The notes beneath the pieces are model-generated. The model searched no databases and was not told the origin of the DNA. It saw only the letters and a list, made by a program, of their open reading frames with translations. 64,000 nt of DNA, from the NCBI GenBank assembly GCA_002269645.1, contig NIVC01000404.1, positions 186,488 through 250,487 on the forward strand, written 5' to 3'. Position numbers and translations under genes: made by a program. The DNA is from Macrostomum lignano (lineage: Eukaryota). This document shows, in pieces, positions 25,679 to 38,693 of the stretch (its first letter is position 1; every line of letters starts with the position of its first letter).

Positions 25679-28600
25679 AGGGATGTATGTCTGTCTGTCT
25701 GTCTGTGTGTCTATTTTTCTGTCTGTCTCTCTGTCTGTCTGTCTGTGTGTCTGTCTTTCTGTCTGTCTGTGTGTCTGTCTTTCTGTCTGTCTGTGTGTCT
25801 GTCTTTCTGTCGGTCTGTCTGTCTGTCTGTCTGTCAGTCTGTCTGTCTGTCTCGCTTTTTTTAGATAATTTATTCTCTAAAAATCAGTGAAAAGTACCTC
25901 AACCATTTGTGAGTGTGATACCAAACACTCCCACTGTATACTAACAGAAAGAGACGATAACTGATGGTCAGACAACCAGCATCCTATAGAAAGTACACAC
26001 ATTTAAAAGTGCCACAAATTAGGCTTAAATAGGCATGGAACCTGATGATATATTAATTAAGAGTGTTCAATAATAGTACTAATAGTAGTAGTGCTAGAAG
26101 AAAGTCAAGGAGTAAAAGAACTCAAAGTGAAAAAAACAATAAATAATAGCGACAAAAAACGATGGTGAAGTATATATCATTGCTGAACAATATTATGATT
26201 ATTATGCCGTGTGCCACTGATAATCCATAATTGAAATATAAACTATATTGATGGTGTAAAAACTAAAGGTTTATTAACTAACTTTATATCATGATGCTAC
26301 TAAAGACAAACACACTCTCGCGATGAATATTTTTATTACCGAGATTAACGATACGCCGGAATCGGAGCGCATTTGGTCCAAGCATGTGCGGCTCGTCCAC
26401 TTGGAATTGAATTTCAAAATTAATAATCATAAACACTACTGAGCTAAGGATTTCAATCAGATGGCAATTATGAAACAATGTGAAAAATTGTGGCAGGAGA
26501 ATGGCACAAGAGAATGGCACAAATGTTGTGTGTTAACTATTAACGATATACATATTAGTATAATTATTATTTATTTTAATTTTTATTCTAGATGCTTGGG
26601 AGGTTGGTAGCCCAGCAACTGAGGATCTAGGAGGCTGGCCCAGCAACTGAGGATCTGGGAGGCTGGCCCAGCAACTGAGGATCTGAGAGGCTGGCCCAGC
26701 AACTGAGGATCTGGGAGGCTGGCCCAGCAACTGAGGATCTGGGAGGCTGGCCCAGCAACTGAGGATCTGAGAGGCTGGCAGAGCAACTGAGGATCTGAGA
26801 GGCTGGTGGCCCAGCAACTGGGGATCTGGGAGGCTGGTGGCCAGCAACTGGGGATCTGGGAGGCTGGCCCAGCAACTGAGGATCCGGGAGGCTGGCCCAG
26901 CAACTGAGAATCCGGGAGGCTGGTCCAGCAACTGAGGATCCGGGAGGCTGGTCCAGCAACTGAGGATCCGGGAGGCTGGCGCAGCAACGGACACTCTGGG
27001 AGGCTGGCAAAGCAACTGAGGATCCGGGAAGCTGGCCCAGCAACTGAGGATCTGGGAGGCTGGTCCAGCAACTGAGGATCCGGGAGGCTTATTAGCATTG
27101 AGGTGGTGCAATTTGGAAACGAATAGGTTTTAATATAACAACTCTGATTGGCACAAAAGTATTTAGTGATTCCTCACTATTTTATAATATACATTTAAGC
27201 TATATTAGTTAAATAAAAATCTTGTAGTTACAAGACTCACACCAAAGTCACGTACACTAACGCTCATTAACTCTTGCCAAAAATGTGCCAATTTTAGCAC
27301 TTTAAATAACATTCAAACAACTCAACAAAATCCAATTGTGATTAGCTTGACAATTTAACATTTACTATTCTGATGAACTAACAAAAAACAGAAAATTGAA
27401 AATCAAATTTGTTAGTAAAATTATTTTACAAAACACTTTGATTACATCAAAGTACTTACAGCTTTCAACCTTTTTGAAGACGTCGTTCTTCAGATACAAT
27501 TGAAATCTTTCAGAGTAGAATCTAGGATTGTGCACGCTCACTGTGTCCTGGATAAAGTTATTGTAGAATAAACTATAGAAACATAACCATACTGACAAAA
27601 AGCTTTTATTACGGTTAGTTAAAAAACAGCCGCCAAAAAACCCAATAGCAATATCATTAGCCTTTAAACTGTTGCGATAACAACCCTTTGATCCATGCCG
27701 CCAATAACAACTCTTTGATCTATGCGGCAAATAATTTTTTTTGATCTATGCCGCCGATAAATTCCTTTGAACTATACCGCCAACAACTTTTGATCTATGC
27801 CGTCAATAAAAACACTTTGATCTGTGCCGCCAATAAGAACATTTCAATTTATGCCACCAACAAAAACCCTCTGATCTATGCCGCTAAAAACACCTTAATT
27901 TATTGTAGAGTGTTCTACCTCCCGCAAAGAAGTAAATTGACAATCGTAGAATGTTACTATAAGTAAATAAGTGCACGCATGCGCACCTAAACTTTAAGGA
28001 TGATTCATGTTACTATCTATAGCAGCAGAATGATTCATGTTACTATTTATAGCAGCAGAATGAATCATGTTACTATTTATGGCAGCACCATGGGTCATGT
28101 TACTATTTATAACCACACGATGAATCATGTTACCCCTTATAGCGCAACGCGTGAATCATCATGTTACTATTTTTGGCCCACAAAATCGTCTATAAATACA
28201 AGCGGTCCAAAGCGGTACCGGAGTTATTTTCCCCACGGAAGAGGAGCGCTCCGAAGAGGAAGCCCTTAGCGAGACTTCCTGGTTACCAAGTCAATCGAGA
28301 CTCGGTCGAGTTGTTGCGGTAAGCCTTTCTCATTTGCGCCTGTGTTTGAGACGTCTCGCTCAAGTCTAGTGTGACTTGACTCTTGAGTCCATTGAGACTC
28401 CATTGGCAGTAGTCGCCCGAAGTACTACCCTAATAGATCTTAGAGATAACCGGAGCATTACCTAGAGTGCAGAGAGGCACTACTAGAAGGAGAAGGCTAA
28501 CGAGAAACCGCTATTCGGCGCAGGGATCCCATTGTTTGATACGAGGCTGGTCCTGACTGAAGATACCCGCCGGAAGGAACTTCGTCGGAAGTGGAAGAAA

Positions 28601-31600
28601 ACCTGGACCAGAAGCGACTGAAGAATCAAGGCGCCTGATCTACAAGATCACAAAGAGATCCACGCGAGATCTACTCGAAGTATACAGAAGGGATATCTCC
28701 AAACGACGTCAAGGTAAGAAGTACCTTTAATTGATAACTTCATTATGCCACCAACGAAAACTCTCTGATCTACGAGTATGCCGCTAACAAAAACCATATA
28801 ATCAAGGCCACCAATAATAACTCTAATGAATGCCGCCATGAAATTAGCAACCTGTATTATTGCAATTTTATAACTCACCCCGTCAGTAATGATACTCTTC
28901 ATGGCATGTTCCATCTTCTTGAACAGGCGATAATTCTGCAGGATGTCAATGATGCCCATGTATAGGAATAGGCGCTCGCCTTTGGCGTTTCTAGCTGGAA
29001 TGCCGCCAACCCTGAAAGCAATAGCGATAAAACTATTGTTACAAAGTGATTATCCCATATGTGACATGAAAATATACCTAACTGAGGATCAAATTAACAG
29101 TCAGTGGAAAATCCCATCACAATGGAAAATACCGTCACAATGGAAAATATCATCACAATGGAAAATCCTATCACAATGGTAAATACCATCACACTAAAAT
29201 CCAATCAAAACGAAAAATCCCATCATACGAGCTAATGAGAAATCCCACTATAATGAAAAATCCCACCATAATGAGAAATCCCACCATAATGAGAAATCCC
29301 ACCATAATGAGAAATCCCATCATAATGAGAAATCCCATCATAATGAGAAATCTCATCATAATGAGAAATCTCATCATAATGAGAAATCCCATCAAAACGA
29401 AAAATCCCATCACAATGAAAATCCCTTCATAATGAACAATGCCTCACGGAGTAATGTCCATCTCGTCAGAGTGCAAATCGATGGGCGCCGTGTTCTCAGC
29501 ATTGATTGACTCAATCGGCGTATTGAACACGGAAATCTTCTTTAGACTCCAGCCTCGTTGAAGGCCTTCAACGCTGCCGCCGCGGCCAGCGCGTCGCTGC
29601 TGCTGCTGATTGCCGTCGGATTCATCGAAGCTGGCGGAGGCGGCCGCTGCAGAGGCGGTCAGTGCCGATGCGGATGTTGCTGCGCCTGCGCCGGAAGTTG
29701 ACGGCGCGCCGCCTGCGAAGCCAACTGTTGCAGCGGCGCCAACGGAGCTGGTGGGTCGCTGACGCTCCTGTTGATGATTTGGCGACCCATTTTAAAGTAC
29801 ATCACTATTGGTGAAAGTGGAAAATCTTAAGGTAGGGAAATCCCATGGTTAGCCCAGGTGTGCCAGCGACCCAGGCTCGATTCCAAGTGCAGTCACAGTT
29901 TATTGGGAAATCCCAGGGTAGCTTATTGGGAAATCCCAGGGTAGCTTATTGGGAAATCCCAGAGTTGTTTATAGGGAAATCTTAGGGTTGATTTTGGGAA
30001 ATCCAAGGGTTGTTTATAGGGAAATCTCAGGGTAGTTTATTGGGAAATCCCGGGGTATTTCGTGGGAAATCCCGTGTATTTTATTAGGAAATCCTGGTTA
30101 TTTTTTGGGAAATCTCAGGGTAGTTTATTGGGAAATTCCGGGGTATTTTTGGGAAATAATGGGTATTTTATTGACAAATCCCGGGGTTGTTTAGAGGAAA
30201 ACCCCGGAGCTATTTATAGGGAAATCTCAGGTAGCTTGTTGGGAAAATCCAGGGTAGTTTAGTGGAAAATCCTGGGGTTTTTTCATTAGAAATCCCAAAG
30301 TAAATTGATGGGAACTCTCATAAAAACTAAAAAGATGGGAGAGGTTTTAAATCATAAGTCATAACTCAAATCAATAGCTCACCCTTTCTCGAAGAGTCTG
30401 ATCTAAATTATAAATGCCCAACAGTAGCGAGTAGTCCATAATTCGAAACGATTCAAGTACCAGACAGTCTCGACTAATGCATTCGATTAGGCTGGTGTAG
30501 ATGTCTGCCTCAAGCGACAGGCCCGTCTCGTGTAGTGCTCTGCGGACAATGCGGATGAGACTTAGGGAATGGAGTGCTTAAATGTATGGAGTGCTCTAAT
30601 GGATGGAGTGCTCAAATGGATGGAGTACTCAAATGGATAGAGTGCTCAAATGGATGGAGTGTTCTAATGTATGTAGTACTCGAATGTATGGAGTGCTCAA
30701 ATGTATGGAGTGCTCAAATGGATGGAGTGCTCAGATGGATGGAGTGCTCAAATGGATGGAGTGCTCAAATGTATGGAGTGCTCAAATGGATGGAGTGCTC
30801 AAATGGATGGAGTGCTCAAATGGATGGAGTGCTCAAATGTATGGAGTGCTCAAATGGATGGAGTGCTCAAATGGATGGAGTGCTCAAATGGATGGAGTGC
30901 TCAAATGGATGGAGTGCTCAAATAGATGGAGTGCTCAAATAGATGGAGTGCTCAAATGGATGGAGTGCTCAAATAGATGGAGTGCTCAAATGGATGGAGT
31001 GCTCAAATGGATGGAGTGCTCAAATGGATGGAGTGCTCAGATGGATGGAGTGCTCAAATAGATGGAGTGCTGAAATGGATGGAGTGCTCAAATGTATGGA
31101 CTTCTCAAATGGATGGAGTGCTCTAATATATGGCTCATGGAGAGCTCAAACAGAAGAACTGTCTTTAGGACACAGTTTCATATTGAATATTATAAATAAT
31201 AATCTTGCTCACTTAAAATCCAAATCTTTAAACGTAGGCGAAGATTTCGCTCGCTCGGCATTGCTTGCCTGGCGCTTATAAGTGGAGCCTTTCAGGTCGT
31301 ACTTCTCCGTTAGCCGTATAGTAGAGGGCAGCAGGTTGTTCATCACTACGAAGCGAATGTTTTTACTGCCGCACTGTTCGGGATAGTTAGATAGATATTG
31401 ATTTTAATAGTATATTATGTATGTTCAGTCCGAACAGACTACTCACTGAATAAATTAAACAGTAATATAAGTAGCGTTTCATCTTCTGACAATGTAAGAC
31501 ACAAGGTGAAAACGAATCTGTTCAGACACTCTACAAAGATTAATAACGATGCGTACACAAACTGCATTCTGCGTAAGCACCTCCCGCAGGGTCCCAGTGA

Positions 31601-34600
31601 GCTTAGTACTTTAATACTGCTTTAAGTCCCAATAAAATCTTCGACCGACTGGAGTGTATTTGGGAAATAAGGAATTCTGTTTGATCCTTTCTTAACCGTC
31701 TGCTTGTAACTCGCTTGCTATTTTTGTCTGTTTTAGTGTCTGCCGGTCTGGTTTAGTGTCTGCCGGTCTGTTTTAGTGTCTGCCGGTCTGGTTTAGTGTC
31801 TGCCTGTCTGTTTTAGTGTCTGTCGGTCTGTTATAGCGTCTGCCTATCTGGTTTAGTGTCTGCCTGTCTGGTTTAGTGTCTGCCGGTCTGGTTTAGTGTC
31901 TGCCTGTCTGTTATAGTGTCTGCCTGTCTGGTTTAGTGTCTGCCTGTCTGGTTTAGTGTCTGCCGGTCTGTTTTAGTGTCTGCCGGTCTGGTTTAGTGTC
32001 TGCCGGTCTGGTTTAGTGTCTGCCTGTCTGGTTTAGTGTCTGCCTGTCTGGTTTAGTGTCTGCCGGTCTGGTTTAGTGTCTGCCGGTCTGTTTTAGTGTC
32101 TGCCGGTCTGGTTTAGTGTCTGCCGGTCTGGTTTAGTGTCTGCCTGTCTGGTTTAGTGTCTGTCGGTCTGTTATAGTGTCTGCCTGTCTGGTTTAGTGTC
32201 TGCCTGTCTGGTTTAGTGTCTGCCTGTCTGGTTTAGTGTCTGCCGGTCTGTTATAGCGTCTGCCGGTCTGGTTTAGTGTCTGCCGGTCTGGTTTAGTGTC
32301 TGCCTGTCTGGTTTAGTGTCTGCCGGTCTGGTTTAGTGTCTGCCTGTCTGGTTTAGTGTCTGCCTGTCTGGTTTAGTGTCTGCCGGTCTGGTTTAGTGTC
32401 TGCCGGTCTGGTTTAGTGTCTGCCGGTCTGGTTTAGTGTCTGCCTGTCTGGTTTAGTGTCTGCCTGTCTGGTTTAGTGTCTGCCGGTCTGGTTTAGTGTC
32501 TGCCTGTCTGGTTTAGTGTCTGTCGGTCTGTTATAGTGTCTGCCGGTCTGGTTTAGTGTCTGCCTGTCTGGTTTAGTGTCTGCCTGCCTGTTTTAGTGTC
32601 TGCCGGTCTGGTTTAGACTCTGCCTGTCTGTTTTAGTGGCTGCCTGTCTGGTTTAGTGTCTGCCTGTCTGGTTTAGTGTCTGCCTGCCTGTTTTAGTGTC
32701 TGCCGGTCTGGTTTAGACTCTGCCTGTCTGTTTTAGTGGCTGCCTGCCTGTTTTAGTGTCTGCCGGTCTGGTTTAGTGTCTGCCTGTCTGGTTTAGTGTC
32801 TGCCGGTCTGGTTTAGTGTCTGCCTGTCTGGTTTAGTGTCTGCCTGTCTGGTTTAGTGTCTGCCGGTCTGTTATAGCGTCTGCCGGTCTGGTTTAGTGTC
32901 TGCCTGTCTGGTTTAGTGTCTGCCGGTCTGGTTTAGTGTCTGCCTGTCTGGTTTAGTGTCTGCCTGCCTGTTTTAGTGTCTGCCGGTCTGGTTTAGACTC
33001 TGCCTGTCTGTTTTAGTGTCTGCCTGTCTGGTTTAGTGTCTGCCTGTCTGGTTTAGTGTCTGCCGGTCTGGTTTAGTGTCTGCCTGTCTGGTTTAGTGTC
33101 TGCCTGTCTGGTTTAGTGTCTGCCGGTCTGTTATAGCGTCTGCCGGTCTGGTTTAGTGTCTGCCTGTCTGGTTTAGTGTCTGCCGGTCTGTTTTAGTGTC
33201 TGCCTGTCTGGTTTAGTGTCTGCCTGTCTGGTTTAGTGTCTGCCTGTCTGGTTTAGTGTCTGCCGGTCTGGTTTAGTGTCTGCCGGTCTGGTTTAGTGTC
33301 TGCCTGTCTGGTTTAGTGTCTGCCTGTCTGGTTTAGTGTCTGCCGGTCTGGTTTAGTGTCTGCCTGCCTGTTTTAGTGTCTGCCTGTCTGGTTTAGTGTC
33401 TGTCGGTCTGTTATAGTGTCTGCCGGTCTGGTTTAGTGTCTGCCTGTCTGGTTTAGTGTCTGCCTGTCTGGTTTAGTGTCTGCCGGTCTGGTTTAGTGTC
33501 TGCCGGTCTGGTTTAGTGTCTGCCTGTCTGGTTTAGTGTCTGCCTGTCTGGTTTAGTGTCTGCCGGTCTGGTTTAGTGTCTGCCTGCCTGTTTTAGTGTC
33601 TGCCGGTCTGGTTTAGACTCTGCCTGTCTGTTTTAGTGTCTGCCGGTCTGGTTTAGACTCTGCCTGTCTGTTTTAGTGTCTGCCGGTCTGGTTTAGTGTC
33701 TGCCGGTCTGGTTTAGTGTCTGCCTACCTGTCTGTCTGCCTATCTGTCTGTCTGTCTACTTGTTTGTTTTAGTATCTGTTTATCTGTCTGTCCATCTGTC
33801 TTAATCACTCAAAAGCACACATTTTCCCCAAGACCCTTCTCTCACAATCTGCTGGGCAAAAATATTTAATTAAAATTTTCCGCCTCAAGAAGACTAATTA
33901 TATTTACTCGAATAGAGGAAGCTGCAAAAAAGTTAAATACAATTTTATACCCGCCTCTATTAATCAGTCTTCTGCAAAGAAACACTGAATCAAGTCCATC
34001 ATTGAGCAGAAAGCCCATATTTCTAAGAAATTCAAGCCAGAGTAAGCTGCGCAAAACTGCTTGTGCAACACGCAAAAGCAGCAACAGGAAAAAATTGCCT
34101 ATCCAACCCGCTCGTACTGGTTTTGTTGCAAGCAAGCAAAAAGGCAACACACCCGAAGGAATGTACGGAGAAGTTTATTACGAATTAATTTGATGACTAC
34201 ATAGTAAAAGCACTGCAGGATATTATTTAACTATTCGAAAAATATCATTACGTCGGATCTGCTTCTTTTTTAGACTAGTCTAGAATCTAGATTGCATGAC
34301 CACCTCAAGGCTTCGGTCTTCTTCTAACTAATGGCCATAGAATAGCAATTGATTGTAAATGCCATTCAACCACTGTTTTAGTAGGCATCAACTACAGTGA
34401 CTCAAGACTGTCTAATCAAACAAACAATATGATCACAATCATTATGACCATTTACCATATGACACTAAAGATCCTGACCAGAAGCATATAACTTTTAAGG
34501 TAAAACTAAGACTTTAATCTAAATGGCGCATAATATTTATGACCATTAACAATATGACCGACCCTACAGACTATGACCATCACCCATATGACACTTACAA

Positions 34601-37600
34601 ACAGACTATGACCATTTAGCATATGACCCTAACAATCAGACTATGACCGTACCCTATATGACCCTAACAAGCAGACTATGACCATTATCCATATGACCCT
34701 AACAAGCAGACTATGACCAGTATCCATATGACCCAAACAGACTATGACCATTTTGCATATGGCCCTAACAAGCAGACTATGACCATTACCGATATGACCC
34801 AAACAAGCAGACTATGACCATTACCTATATGACCCTAAGAAACAGACTATGACCATCACCCATATGACCCTAACAACCAGACTATGACTATTATCCACAT
34901 GACCACATGACCCAAACAGACTATGACCATTTCGCATATGACCCAAACAAGCAGACTATGACCATTATCCATATGACCCTAACAAGCAGACTATGACCAT
35001 TATCCATATGACCCAAACAGACTATGACCATTATCCATATGACCCTAACAAGCAGACTATGACCATACCCCATATGACTCAAACAGACTATGACCATGAA
35101 AAAGTAAACCTATCAATTACCGAAGAACACGCACCTGATAGCAGTACAGACCATAGAACTTGGGCAGCAGAGTTCGGGGTTCTGAGTCAGGGTCAAATAG
35201 TACTGCAGTAGCAATCGCTGCAGGTACTTGGCTTCCTTGTGCTGCACAGTTTTAATAATGAAATTATCATCCGCAGTGCGATAGAAGATGGAGCCGGAGG
35301 CGCCTGGATTTGATAATTCTTCCAATTCTTCGCCGCAAATGGATGCCAAAAATTGCGATATGTCAATATTGTACAGCTTGCGAAAGTGCCTGAACGCCAG
35401 TGGGGCGTACGTTTTGAATGTGAAGCTGCTCATGGTGTGCGCCATGGTGAGCTTGCCGCCCTCTCTGCGGGTGGGCGAGCAGCAAAAGTACATTTGGTTA
35501 GATTGTAGTGAGTATAGCACAGACAGACCGACACTAGGACAAACAGACATAGAGACAGACAGACACTAAGAAAGACACAGATCGCCAGACACTAAAAGAA
35601 ACACATACAGATAGCCAGACACTAGGACTAAAGCAGACACATACAGATAGCCAGAAACTAACAGAAACACATACAGATAGCCAGACACAAACAGTACAGA
35701 CAGACACAGATAGCCAGACACAAACAGACACATACAGATAGCCAGACACAAACAGAGACACATACAAATAGCCAGACACTAACAGTACAGACAGACACAG
35801 ATAGCCAGACACAAACAGACACATACAGATAGCCAGACACAAACAGAGACACATACAAATAGCCAGACACTAACAGTACAGACAGAAACAGATAGCCAGA
35901 CACAAACAGAGACACATACAAATAACCAGACACTAACAGTACAGACAGACACAGATAGCCAGACACAAACAGAGACACATACAAATAACCAGACACTAAC
36001 AGTACAGACAGACACAGATAGCCAGACACAAACAGAGACACATACAAATAACCAGACACTAACAGTACAGACAGACACAGATAGCCAGACACAAACAGAG
36101 ACACATACAAATAACCAGACACTAACAGTACAGACAGACACAGATAGCCAGACACTAACAGAGACACATACAAATAGCCAGACACTAACAGTACAGACAG
36201 ACACAGATAGCCAGACACTAACAGAGACACATGCAGATAGCCAGACACAAACAGAGACACATACAGATAGCCGGACACAAACAGAGACACATACAAATAG
36301 CCAGACACTTAACAGTACAGACAGACACAGACAGCCAGACACTAACAGTACAGACAGACACAGATAGCCAGACACTAACAGAGACACATACAAATAGCCA
36401 GACACTTAACAGTACAGACAGACACAGACAGCCAGACACTAACAGTACAGACAGACACAGATAGCCAGACACTAACAGAGACACTGACACATACAAATAA
36501 CCAGACACTAACAGTACAGACAGACACAGATAGCCAGACACTAACAGAGACACATGCAGATAGCCAGACACAAACAGAGACACATACAGATAGCCGGACA
36601 CAAACAGAGACACATACAAATAGCCAGACACTTAACAGTACAGACAGACACAGACAGCCAGACACTAACAGTACAGACAGACACAGACAGCCAGACACTA
36701 ACAGTACAGACAGACACAGATAGCCAGACACTAACAGAGACACATACAAATAGCCAGACACTAACAGTACAGACAGACACAGATAGCCAGACACTAACAG
36801 TACAGACAGACACAGATAGCCAGACACTAACAGAGACACATACAAATAGCCAGACACTAACAGTACAGACAGACACAGATAGCCAGACACTAACAGTACA
36901 GACAGACACAGATAGCCAGACACTAACAGAGACACATGCAGATAGCCAGACACTAACAGACAGACACAGATAGCCAGACACTAACAGACACATACAGATA
37001 GCCAGACACAAACAGTACAGACAGACACAGATAGCCAGACACAAACAGAGACACATACAAATAGCCAGACACTAACAGTACAGACAGACACAGATAGCCA
37101 GACACTAACAGTACAGACAGACACAGATAGCCAGACACAAACAGTACAGACAGACACAGATAGCCAGACACAAACAGAGACACATACAAATAGCCAGACA
37201 CTAACAGTACAGACAGACACAGATAGGCACACTAAGACTAAGGCAGACACAGAGATACAAGCACAACAAACAAATCACGCACAGCAGAGGCCGCTCACCT
37301 GGGAAAATCCACAATCTCACAAACGCCAAAGTCCTGAGTCAGCAGGTCCCTACTGGGCTTTTGCGCCTCGTTGCCGACAGAATTCTGTATGCCCAGCTGG
37401 ATCGCTCGCATGATCTCGTTGGTTGGTCTCTGCCAGTGTTAATTGTGGCCGGCTTTGATGTCCAATCCAATTTAGTCTTGAAATAGCTGAATCAGATAAC
37501 TCCGATTTATTCTTAAATCCTAAGTTTTAAACTTTTAGTTTCGTTTGAAATAACACAACCTAAATCTTTGTTGTTTTCAAGATTCCAAATCCCAGTGTCT

Positions 37601-38693
37601 TCACAATTCACAAATCCCCAAATCCGTGTCTTCCTAAGTCCTCAAATCCCAGTGTCTTCCCAAATCCCCAAATCCCAGTGTCTTCACAAATCCCCAAATC
37701 CGTGTCTTCCTAAGTCCTCAAATCCCAGTGTCTTCCCAAATCCCCAAATCCCAGTGTCTTCCCAAATCCCCAAATCCCAGTGTCTTCACAAATCCCCAAA
37801 TCCACGTGTCTTCCCAAAACATCACATCTCAGTCTCTTCCCAAATCTCCAAATCCCAGTCTCTTCCCAAATCTTCAAATCCCAGTCTCTTCCCAAATCTT
37901 CAAATCCCAGTCTCTTCCCAAATCTTCAAATCCCAGTCTCTTCCCAAATCTTCAATTCCCAGTCTCTTCCCAAATCTTCAAATCCCAGTCTCTTCCCAAA
38001 TCTTCAAATCCCAGTCTCTTCCCAAATCTTCAAATCCCAGTCTCTTCCCAAATCTCCAAATCCCAGTCTCTTCCCAAATCTCCAAATCCCAGTTTCTTCC
38101 CAAATCTCCAAATCCCAGTCTCTTCCCAAATCTCCAAATCCCAGTGTCTTGCAATCCCCAAATCCCTGATTCCCTGTGTCCTCCCAAATCACAAGTTTCT
38201 TTCCAAATCCCCAAATCCCGGTTTCTTCCCAAATCCTTAAATCCTGGCTTCTTCCGAAATCCCTAAATCTCAGTTTCTTTTAAATCCCTAAATCCCTAAC
38301 TCTTAAGTTTTTTCCCCCAAATCTCCTAATTTCTTTAAAAGTCCCAATAACCAGTTGTTTTCTTCAGAATTACATCAAACAAGCAGTTTTTTTTTGAATC
38401 AACACGAGACAAAGCTTCGCTTACCTTCTTATAGGTCACCTGACCCTCATCGTCGACGCGTCGGTGGCCGAGTTTTTGCTTTTCCCGACGACTTAAATTA
38501 GCGGCGGCGGCAGCTGCAGCGAAGGAACCGGAAGCGGAAGCAGCTGTTGCCGATTGTAAGAAGTTCGCACCGGCAGCCGGTGGCAGCACCGAGGGATTGG
38601 AGGCTGCTGCCCAGCAGCTGCAGAGGAATTACTGGGTCCACCAGCCGCTGCACCGCCGCCACCGCGACTTTGGGCGCCAGCGCCCTGCAGCAT
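18338..38693 (-). CDS. PIP5K1: Type I phosphatidylinositol-4-phosphate 5-kinase. Exons: 38425-~38693, 37299-37429, 35135-35464, 31213-31373, 30383-30539, 29448-29767, 28879-29011, 27460-27547, then tentative tail exons 26340-26399, 24466-24609, 22225-22368, (20071-20108), 18338-18396
   Basis: PIPK motifs run across phase-compatible GT-AG exons: [163 protein letters not shown] 1-nt deletion at 35176-35179, and possibly another near 38590, must be corrected. Tail exons are lower confidence. Confidence 0.95.
18530..18830. repeat. 46-bp G-rich minisatellite
   Basis: About 6.5 near-identical copies of GGACTGGCTATGCGGCGAGTGTACATTGGCTTGGGGTGGTGGGTGA. Confidence 0.95.
19340..19975. repeat. Diverged ~41-bp minisatellite containing CCAAT and GGGCGG
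   Basis: About 15 copies of GACCAATAGGAATGAAGGATGGGCGGGGTGGGTGTCC-like units. Confidence 0.85.
20745..22097. repeat. Purine-rich satellite (GGGAGACAGGAGAA)n
   Basis: 14-16-bp units. Confidence 0.95.
22590..24450. repeat. 31-bp minisatellite (GAGTCAGACACAGGAGAACTGGACACAGAGA)n
   Basis: About 60 copies filling the PIP5K1 intron right up to the donor at 24465. Confidence 0.97.
25503..25852. repeat. (TCTG)n microsatellite
   Basis: Visible directly. Confidence 0.95.
26600..27090. repeat. 28-bp minisatellite (CAGCAACTGAGGATCTGGGAGGCTGGCC)n
   Basis: About 17 copies. Confidence 0.95.
27904..28742 (+). mobile_element. Solo LTR (839 bp) of an LTR retrotransposon, probably Ty3/gypsy
   Basis: Starts TGT and ends CA, with a TTAT target-site duplication (27900-27903 and 28743-28746). 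Removing it restores the flanking repeat unit AATTTATGCCACCAAC. It contains TATAAATA at 28191 and upstream 30-bp tandem repeats (28000-28165). Confidence 0.8.
29100..29430. repeat. 18-bp minisatellite (AATCCCACCATAATGAGA)n
   Basis: Direct copies next to the donor at 29447. Confidence 0.9.
29835..30310. repeat. Diverged ~22-bp repeat with a GGGAAATCCC core
   Basis: About 20 degenerate copies. Confidence 0.85.
30568..31125. repeat. 17-bp minisatellite (GGATGGAGTGCTCAAAT)n
   Basis: About 32 copies. Confidence 0.95.
31725..33722. repeat. 20-bp minisatellite (TGCC[G/T]GTCTGGTTTAGTGTC)n
   Basis: About 100 copies in perfect 20-bp register. Confidence 0.98.
34560..35097. repeat. ~35-bp minisatellite (CTATGACCATTATCCATATGACCCTAACAAGCAGA)n
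   Basis: Direct copies. Confidence 0.9.
35520..37250. repeat. Complex AC/AG-rich minisatellite (AGACACAGATAGCCAGACACTAACAGTACAGAC)
   Basis: Fills most of a PIP5K1 intron. Confidence 0.92.
37580..38300. repeat. 24-bp minisatellite (TCTTCCCAAATCTTCAAATCCCAG-like)
   Basis: Direct copies. Confidence 0.9.

Noticed and set aside
18338-38693. PIP5K1 as a pseudogene or programmed-frameshift gene
   Set aside because: Only 1-nt losses in short homopolymers, with all catalytic motifs and splice sites intact; assembly error is more parsimonious
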